Source of the DNA: Phoronis australis
Lineage: Eukaryota > Animalia > Phoronida
Reading direction: 5' to 3'
NCBI GenBank assembly: GCA_002633005.1
Contig: NMRA01000364.1
Span: 1-55,223, forward strand
Length of the DNA stretch: 55,223 bases
In this document: positions 50,401 through 55,223 of the stretch, piece after piece
Position numbering within the stretch: the stretch's first letter is position 1
Layout of the letters: each line of letters opens with the position of its first letter
Notes under the pieces: model-generated
What the model was told of the DNA's origin: nothing
What the model saw: only the letters and a program-made list of their open reading frames with translations
Database searches by the model: none
Made by a program: the position numbers and the translations under genes

Positions 50401-52945
50401 TTAATGATGGTTTCATTCCTGTGACGATGAGTCTTCAGTGGTGAGTGTAGTGCAAGATTCGGTAGTTGCGTAGATCTCACTCGTCAAAGTTGATTATTTG
50501 GTTCCGAAAATATCCGCTTGGAGGAGACTTGATCCGGTTTAGATGGAACCCTAAAATGGCTCTGTGATTACTGGCAGATAAAAGCAGCTTTCCGCCGAAA
50601 TGTTTCCCCGACAGTTGCGTTACAAAGCGGAACCTGTTGTTAGATTATGATAGCCTTTCCTCACTTGTTCAACGTGCTACTCACGCTTGACGATCTAGAA
50701 GACGCTTTAAGAAATATTTTAACTTGTTTTGAGGATAGGCATTATTTTATTTCAGATATTAACTTAAGGCAGTGTTTCGCACCTGGCTGCCAATATTGGA
50801 TTCTTAACTACGGTGGCTTGGAAAGGACACGATAATTTATTTTTCCTGACTCGAGCACCCGACTTATAAGTCGTTGTCGGTGTTAAAGGGACATTGTCGG
50901 TTTATGGCCAAAAACGCATTTGACGTTCAAGTTATTGTTGGATGGGATAAACTTCTTGAAGCTACTATCTTTGATCATAGCCATGAAACAACAAAATCTG
51001 TTCGTTTTGTGATTTTATTATAAATCGCTAATACTTGACGTTGTCTGCCAGTCATTAGCTGAAATCAATACCCTTAAAAGACTTGTGTATGCAAAATATA
51101 AAGCGTGTGGATTTGGCTCAGCAGTAGAACGTTCAGCTGCTAGCGAAGCTAGTGGACAAGTGAGTTCCATTCCGCGCTACTCGTAATTTCAGTAGAATTA
51201 CTTTCTCGTCTAAAATTCCCTCTCCTAATCACTAACTGGAAGCTGAAGTGTCGCTTAGGAATTTTCTAAGAAAATCTCGGAGTTGCTGATCTGCTGCCTT
51301 TGATTTGTGGTGGAGTTTATGTTGTGTTTCTTTTTAGAATCCATTGGCATAACGGTGTTGGTCATGACGGCGAAGTTGAATGCGTCTGTAGCACTTGCTA
51401 TAGTATTCACTTTGACCATTCACATATTTCCCACTGAAGTACGAGGGTTTGGAATCGGAGCATGCGTTTCCATATCCAGGCTGGGTGGGATTACAGCACC
51501 CTATGCTTTGCTCATGGTAAGATTTGCTCTTCGTACAGTGGGGTTTCTAGGGGTGAGGTGGGGGGCGAGGTGGGGTGGGAGGGGAGAGCCGTGCCGGGGG
51601 GCATAAGGGCGGCACCGACGTGGGGACTCGGACAAACGACCGGCAATGATGCAATGTTCTTTCGCCCTACACGAATAACAGTAGGGTATTATTTAATGTC
51701 GAAGATTTGTCAGCGTCACTTGCAATGCGTTCAGTACTAGTTTCACTGGAATGGCGAAAACACTAGCAGTTTAGCCAGGAAGACGCATTGCCTGCGAATG
51801 ATAATTTTATGCAGCACCTGTTTCCTTACCACATGACTCGGCCCGAGTCGATTTTAAGCAAAAATTGATGCCAAAACACTTTCAATCTCAGTCAAAGACT
51901 TCTTACACCTGTGCTTGTTTGTCCTTTGACGTAAGCGGCCTGGCTACAACAGTGCCAGCAAAGACGGCAGTAGATCTAGGATAACGCAAGCCTCCAACAA
52001 AGCGCCAGCATTGTGTAGACTCTTGCGAGTGCTCACGTTCCTGGTGTATTTTTGGTGCAAGTCAAAGTGGTGCTAGCGAAAACCCTAGCATTTTAGCCAG
52101 CATGTGAACCTGGTATTAGATGAAATATTATGTCGAATCAGGTCAGGTTGAACTGAGCATTCCTATGCCACGCAGTTTGAGCTGAAATAGCTCACAAACT
52201 AAGTCTGTGGCCCCCTAATTTTCATAAAAAAACACTAGGAACATTAAAATAAAACATGAAAAGAAACATAATGGTGTAAATATTTGTGTGGAAGCCAAAA
52301 CGTGACAATTTGAAGTGTACAAAACGCATAAAAATGCTTACGGCGACGTAAGAATATCAGTATACTTGGAAATACATTAAGGACATTTAAACTGACACCG
52401 AGCTATGAAATTAATCCATTTTCAAAATGATTTCACCCGTCAGTTTAATTAAAAGTGGCTTCTCAGTCACACTTGTAATTTTCACACTTTTCCCAGAGTG
52501 GCCTCTGTTTAGAAAAAAAATTAGTAGCCTTCACATAAATTGTGCATTCGCCGAATTTTAGAAGTTCCTGTCTTTTTAGTGGACTTTTGTCTCGTTTTCC
52601 ACTTTCGGAGTTTTTGTTTCTCTGAGACGAACCTTTTCGCCCACTTCGCCAAATGAGGGGTGCTCGTTCGAGCCCTACCAGACAAGTGCGCGAAAAGAGA
52701 ATCATTTTAATTGGAATCAAAGTGCAATGCGTTGACGATAACACACAGATGTATAAATTATTTTCCAGAGCAAAGTCAGTAAGTCTCTTCCCCTGCTGGT
52801 GTTTGGAGCATTAGCTTTAAGTGCAGGTTGCCTGACGATGACTCTACCAGAAACGTTTAATATACCATTGCCAGATTCCTTCAGTGACGTGGAGGCTCAA
52901 GTCGTTCCTTCAATCATACCTTGCTGGAACAAAAGACTAAAGTAA
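38444..52945 (+). CDS. SLC22 family organic ion transporter (MFS), paralogue 2, ~573 aa. Exons 38444-38937, 44056-44210, 45320-45491, 48641-48970, 50114-50328, 51338-51516, 52769-52945
   Basis: Same exon structure and phases as paralogue 1, with GT-AG introns, 1722 nt in frame and the same MFS/SLC22 motifs. Confidence 0.93.
42007..43316 (-). mobile_element. Young Kolobok-type DNA transposon with a THAP-domain ORF start, spanning an assembly gap
   Basis: TTAA on both sides, AGG...CCT termini, and near-perfect TIRs of at least 106 bp (42007-42112 / 43211-43316). The minus-strand ORF MPHCCCVPECTSYRLTRALGVPLHRFPMDD is a THAP N-terminus that runs into Ns. Confidence 0.85.
42113..42957. other. Assembly gap
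   Basis: Run of N. Confidence 1.
45871..47532 (+). mobile_element. Non-autonomous Kolobok-type DNA transposon with a decayed THAP domain
   Basis: TTAA target-site duplication and a perfect 15-bp TIR AGGAGAATGCCACCC. The frameshifted THAP at ~46035-46245 reads CIVPAC...ISFF/LPREPEMLRKWL...LRVCGRHFIDSDF. Confidence 0.88.
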
Positions 52946-53068
52946 GACTATAAAATCCTAAAAAACACATTTTGCAAGCAACTCAAAAGTAAACAAAACT
53001 TAACGAACACCTTCCTAACTGTTACCGGGGAACAACACTTCCTCAGCCCGTTTACACAAAGAAACCAA

Positions 53069-53210
53069 AGGCATGTGCCACCCAGTTTAATTTCGTTTCT
53101 TTTACCGTTTTGGTCAGTCTTTGTTCATATCCCTTGTGTTCTGCTCACCATATCGGGCTGAGAGGTGTCGCATTAATCTGTGAGGAAAGTGAGAACAATG
53201 TGACGTCAAC
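53069..53210 (+). mobile_element. Degenerate left end of the Kolobok family at 45871
   Basis: AGGCATGTGCCACCC...GAGAGGTGTCGCATTAATCTGTGAGGAAAGTGAGAA aligns with 45871-46003. Confidence 0.65.
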
Positions 53211-54261
53211 GGATCCTGTTAAGAGTATGTGTCGCTTTACACTTTATTCACGCGGTCGCCATGTTATAAAGAGCCTCATTTTAGGTTTTAAAAAATATTC
53301 CATTCTGCGTTTAATCACAGCGCAAAACGTCATTTTTTCGCGTCTCGTCATATTCATGTTTCAGTTGTATTGTTTTTTAAACGTAAAAGAGGCTCTTTCT
53401 GACTTCTGCTAAATACAGCCATGGCAAGTTGACGTCAAGGTCTGGTAAAAAACTGAAATAACTGAATAAATCGGAAAATGAATATTCACCAAAGGCAGGC
53501 TACTAGTGCAACACGGCAATGCACTCATGAACAAGACTCACGGACCTGTAAACGCAGTTTATTGTCTCACAAACACGGGCCAGACGCACTCAAAAAAAAA
53601 AACAGCTTAGGCACCCAAAAGTAGACCTCATTCTGCTCCTGGGCCATAAGCACAATTCCGGCATCTGTAAACTGCTTGGCGCAAAGCTGAATATATAAAT
53701 TTTGACGATAGTCTTCATACAGCTAGCTGGCTGGCTACTGTAAATACAACTTATTAATTCATCGCTGACTCGTGCAGGTGATTCTTATTCAGCGAGTCTG
53801 TGAGCGGTGTTTCGTCCGTAGTTGTGAGTCACTGAGCTGGGTTTACAGGCCCGTGAGCCAGGTTCATGAGTGCGTGAGCCATGTTATTCGGGTAGCCTGG
53901 TAGGATAACGTCACATCGTATCACGCAGCGGGTAACAAGGGAAACGACTAAGACTGCACTTGAACGATTTCACCGTCCGAGTCAGCCCGACAACCGATTG
54001 GTTCTCGATGACTCATTCCGGCTTTTAGACTAATCACGGCAGATGTCAGTCTAGCCTGGTAGAGCCAATGAAATGTAGACAATGTGTTCTACTCCCTTAG
54101 CAATTTGTGCGGTGTCTTTCAACATCATAGTAATTTTGTGGTTCTCGATTTAGTCGACAGCAAATGAATGTTCGTGCACAACGGCATAGTGCCCATTATA
54201 GGGAATTTTGTAAGAGCTCATTGTTTAATTGCTGTATAAGTGACAAAAACATAATGCGCCG

Positions 54262-54400
54262 AATATTCATTCCACAGAATGGGAAGTGGTCATTGCTGTA
54301 CAGAGGATGAAGAAACGCAGAAGCACGCTGTTACGGAATGCCGTGTTGTCTGATTATGAATCCAACGTGGCGATGGTACTGTTCATAAGATCGTTCAACT
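54262..54400 (+). mobile_element. Old LINE zinc-knuckle remnant downstream of SLC22 paralogue 2
   Basis: Reads HCCTEDEETQKHAVTECRV; homologous to 34917-35050. Confidence 0.5.
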
Positions 54401-55223
54401 GCTCCTCGCCAGATTACTTGTGTTGAGTGATAGTTGAAGCGAAGTTGTTTACTAACTCTGTGATAGATAGCATTGTCTGTCTTACGTCCTCAATAAAGTT
54501 TTGCGGTAGTCACAGGCGTCCTCAACTTCTCATCGTCCCCATGCAATAAACTACTAGGGAAACCCGCAATGGTCGTCCGCCTAAACATACTACTTGCTTG
54601 TTGTCGTACTCACCGAATTATTCCATTTCAAAGTTATGCGCTGAATAGTATTTGATTTAACTCTCACAATTATATATTTTTTTTTTATATTTATGCCGAG
54701 TTGTTTCAATTGCAGGCTACATTACTTTTCGGCAGCCATTTTACAATGACTCCTCTTGCCTCTTGCTCGTTTTCGTTGCCCAATGCACAAGCTTTACATT
54801 GAAACAGATGTCACGGTCACGTGATGTAAGTATAGCACGGCCTACACCAAAATAACCAGTATCGGATTATTGCGTTTAACGCCTCGGATAAAACTTCAGA
54901 ACAGTGCAGGGTTTTGCAGGTATCTCTTTAAAATGATTCAAACAATATACGGTGTTACTTTTATAACCACTTCTATGTTGTATTATAAGAAAACTGACTT
55001 TTTTATAAACATGCAAATGTAATAATACATTAAGTTAATTAAACCGAGTGAATGTGAGTGCGAATGAGTGTATGAAAGTCCTCCCCTCCCCCTTTTCCTC
55101 TCTTTTTATAATAAACTCTAATAATTATCCGCCCAATCATTATTTTATTAGTTATTCTCTAGATACTTATTTATTTTATATGTATGACTTATTTTTCTTT
55201 AGTAAGTTGTAAAGATATGTAGC

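Overview
AT-rich, intron-containing animal genomic DNA, probably a marine invertebrate (taxon is inference from the repeat landscape). Draft assembly with N-gaps at 27142-27177 and 42113-42957. Genes: a disrupted ATG13 (HORMA-domain) copy on the minus strand (815-2611); orphan minus-strand exons (4437-7552); an intronless FKRP-like/LicD-family phosphotransferase (14229-16022); and two tandem 7-exon SLC22 transporter paralogues (20147-34385, 38444-52945), the first with a duplicated exon 4 beside a gap. Non-coding DNA is dense in mobile elements: Kolobok-type TTAA elements with THAP remnants, Helentron-type HINEs (one with an internal ~310-bp tandem array, one carrying a tRNA-like Pol III head), MITEs, and Gypsy and LINE fragments. 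The most unusual structure is a ~490-bp imperfect palindrome (16550-17035). Each arm is a tRNA-derived Pol III head followed by a minimal type-I hammerhead ribozyme motif, suggesting an inverted dimer of a retrozyme/Sm-alpha-like element. All alignments were done by eye and all homologies are recalled, not searched.
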